32,000 bases of DNA. It comes from Halalkalibacterium halodurans. GTDB taxonomy: Bacteria; Bacillota; Bacilli; Bacillales; Bacillaceae_D. The DNA is taken from NCBI RefSeq assembly GCF_004376175.1, contig NZ_SNUY01000023.1:7001-39000 (forward strand), in the 5' to 3' direction. This document shows positions 29,972 to 32,000 of the stretch, piece after piece (position 1 is the first letter of the stretch; each line of letters starts with the position of its first letter). The notes beneath the pieces are model-generated. The model saw only the letters and a program-made list of their open reading frames with translations, was not told the DNA's origin and ran no database searches. The translations under genes were made by a program, and so were the position numbers.

Positions 29972-30016
29972 GCGCAGAAAAAGCCCTTCCCCACATTGTG
30001 GAAAAAGGCTTTTTTG
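29972..30016 (-). terminator. Terminator of secA-prfB
   Basis: 29982-30010 folds on the minus RNA into a 13-bp stem that includes three G-U pairs. A-runs and T-runs flank it, and TTTTTCTG follows it. Confidence 0.8.
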
Positions 30017-30023
30017 CTTTTCA

Positions 30024-31125
30024 TTATGAGACATTCCAGCGAAGGTAAGCGTCGATGAAGGAATCAATCTCTCCATCCATCACCGCATTCGTATTCCCAA
30101 CTTCCACATTCGTACGGTGATCTTTTACCATACTATATGGATGGAATACGTATGAACGAATTTGACTTCCCCAACCGATTTCTTTTTGTTCCCCGCGGAT
30201 TTCAGCCAACTCTTTTTGCTGCTCCTCCAGCTTTAACTGCAACAATTTGGCCTGTAACATTTTCATCGCTCGTTCGCGGTTTTTAATCTGTGAACGTTCA
30301 CTTTGGCATGTGACAACCGTATTTGTCGGAAGGTGGGTAATTCTCACAGCTGAATCAGTCGTATTGACATGCTGCCCACCGGCACCGCTAGAACGATACG
30401 TATCAATTTTTAAATCTTCCGTTGAGATTTCAATCTCGACACTACCGTCAAGCTCCGGCATTACTTCACATGAAACAAACGACGTATGTCGCCGTCCGGA
30501 CGAATCAAAAGGAGAGATCCGCACAAGACGATGTACACCTTTCTCCGCTTTCAAATAGCCATAAGCGTTATGTCCTTTAATTAATAAGGTAACACTTTTG
30601 ACCCCAGCTTCATCCCCCGGTAAATAATCCAATGTCTCCACTTTATAGCCTTTGTTTTCTGCCCAACGGGTGTACATTCTTAACAGCATGGAAGCCCAGT
30701 CTTGAGATTCTGTTCCTCCCGCACCTGGGTGAAGCTCTAAAATGGCATTGTTTTTATCGTAAGGCTCATTTAACAGCAACTGCAATTCAAACTCATTTAA
30801 TTCTTTCACTAAATCTTTTAGACCTTGCTCTAATTCCTGTTGTAAGTCTGCATCCGTTTCTTCCTTACAAAGCTCATAGGAGACTTCCAAGTCCTCATAA
30901 GTCTCTTCAATCCTTAAAAATGTATGGACGGTATCCTTTAGAGCGTTTGCCTCATCAATGACTTTTTGCGCAGCTGCTTGATCATTCCAAAAATCAGCTG
31001 CTGTCATTTTTTTTTCTAACTCAGCAATTCGCGCTTGCTTTGTTTCGAGGTCAAAGAGACCCCCTAAAGTCCGCTAATCGCTTAGCCATCGTTGTTAATT
31101 CTTGCTTTACTTCCACTAATTCCAT
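30024..31125 (-). CDS. prfB: Peptide chain release factor 2, made by programmed +1 ribosomal frameshift
   Basis: Frame 0 runs ATG 31125 ... CTT (31056-31054) TGA (31053-31051), encoding [24 protein letters not shown]. After the +1 slip, reading resumes at GAC (31052-31050) and runs to TAA 30026-30024. The total is 366 aa, with SPF and GGQ motifs present. Confidence 0.95.
31051..31065 (-). promoter_or_regulatory. RF2 autoregulatory frameshift site
   Basis: AGGGGG TCT CTT TGA C: an internal Shine-Dalgarno lies 3 nt before the slippery CTT, followed by the in-frame UGA-C. Confidence 0.9.
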
Positions 31126-31165
31126 ACCATCACCTCAAGGAGATTGTTCCTCATTACTACGGACA

Positions 31166-32000
31166 TTATTGCCCGCAGCAATTTTTGTATTTTTTCCCGC
31201 TACCACATGGGCACGGCTCGTTTCTACCAACCGTTTCTTTTTTTCGAACCGGCTGACGCTTGGCCTTAGAGTCACCGTCTGTTGGCCTCGGTTGAACCGC
31301 TTGTCCCTCTGCTACCTTTTCACGTTGAAGGTTTTGCTGAACTTGTGCTTTCATCACATACATCGCCACTTCTTCTTCAATCGAGGCGACCATGGCTTCA
31401 AACATTTCAAACCCTTCAAAGCGATATTCCCTTAGCGGATCGTTTTGCCCATAGGCACGTAGATGAATCCCTTGGCGCAGCTGATCCATTTGATCAATGT
31501 GGTTCATCCACTTACGATCAACGGTCCGCAACATAATTACTTTTTCGAACTCACGCATATGCTCTGGTGTGAATTCCTCTTCTTTTTTATTGTATCTCTC
31601 GATTACTTTGTCATAAATGATCTCGACAATTTCCTCTGGGTCTTTACCCCAGATGTCTTTTTCTGTTAGATCGTCTTCATTTAAAAGATTGGCTTTCATG
31701 AAGTTAACAATCGCACCGTAATCCCAATCCTCTGGTACTTCGCTCTCCGGTGTATGGAGCTGGACGTTCCGTTCGATTACAGATAAAATCATTTTCTCCA
31801 CAATCTCACGTAAATTATCGGATTCTAACACTTCCATCCGCTGTTTATAAATAATCTCCCGTTGCTCACGCATGACATCGTCATATTGTAAAATTTGCTT
31901 CCGGGCATCGAAGTTGTTTCCTTCCACTCGTTTTTGCGCTGTTTCGACCGCACGAGACACAAGCTTACTTTCAATCGGCTGATCTTCTTCCATTCCAAGC
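31166..32000 (-). CDS. secA: Preprotein translocase ATPase SecA, C-terminal part (5' end outside the window)
   Basis: The reading frame is open to the window edge. The C-terminal zinc-binding tail CPCGSGKKYKNCCG is present, and prfB follows immediately downstream. Confidence 0.95.
   Translation of the reverse strand, partial: LGMEEDQPIESKLVSRAVETAQKRVEGNNFDARKQILQYDDVMREQREIIYKQRMEVLESDNLREIVEKMILSVIERNVQLHTPESEVPEDWDYGAIVNFMKANLLNEDDLTEKDIWGKDPEEIVEIIYDKVIERYNKKEEEFTPEHMREFEKVIMLRTVDRKWMNHIDQMDQLRQGIHLRAYGQNDPLREYRFEGFEMFEAMVASIEEEVAMYVMKAQVQQNLQREKVAEGQAVQPRPTDGDSKAKRQPVRKKETVGRNEPCPCGSGKKYKNCCGQ

Noticed and set aside
29997-30005. Sixth DnaA-like box, TGTGGAAAA
   Set aside because: It has one mismatch and lies inside the stem of the prfB terminator hairpin, so it is most simply incidental.
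29711-30076. 121-aa minus-strand ORF covering the prfB-yvjA spacer
   Set aside because: It overlaps the 3' end of prfB and runs through the prfB terminator and the DnaA boxes. It has no RBS, and its composition is low-complexity and AT-driven (runs of K, I, Y). The region is better explained as regulatory DNA.
1-32000. CRISPR arrays, tRNA/rRNA genes, and defence or prophage modules
   Set aside because: No regularly spaced direct repeats, cloverleaf-like sequences or rRNA-like conserved blocks were seen. Every large ORF has an ordinary housekeeping or IS assignment.

Overview
This window is a Bacillaceae core-chromosome segment, collinear with the Bacillus subtilis hisZ to secA region. 29 of its 31 genes are on the minus strand. 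From left to right it holds: an IS256-family insertion sequence whose left tip is cut by the window edge; an AT-rich spacer; a lone MurR/RpiR regulator; and the complete hisZGDBHAF-IE operon. These are followed by the hprK-lgt-yvoD-ppaX-yvoF operon, yvlBCD behind a perfect SigW-type promoter, uvrBA with an SOS-box candidate, and a head-on orphan class D sortase. The window ends with csbA, minJ, ctpB, a coiled-coil M23 peptidase coupled to ftsEX, cccB, a YitT/YvjA-like membrane protein, prfB with its +1 frameshift, and the 3' end of secA. I found no CRISPR array, tRNA, rRNA, defence island or obvious multi-gene novel system. Most of the window is ordinary housekeeping DNA. Five items deserve a second look: (1) a phased cluster of DnaA boxes between prfB and the yvjA-like gene, far from any dnaA/dnaN; (2) a roughly 176-nt three-helix structured module inside an unusually long 3' untranslated part of the IS256 element; (3) the orphan sortase; (4) a pair of overlapping antisense mini-ORFs next to the IS; and (5) a candidate operator in the his leader. 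All product calls rest on motif and family recognition and on synteny read from the translations. No database search was run.
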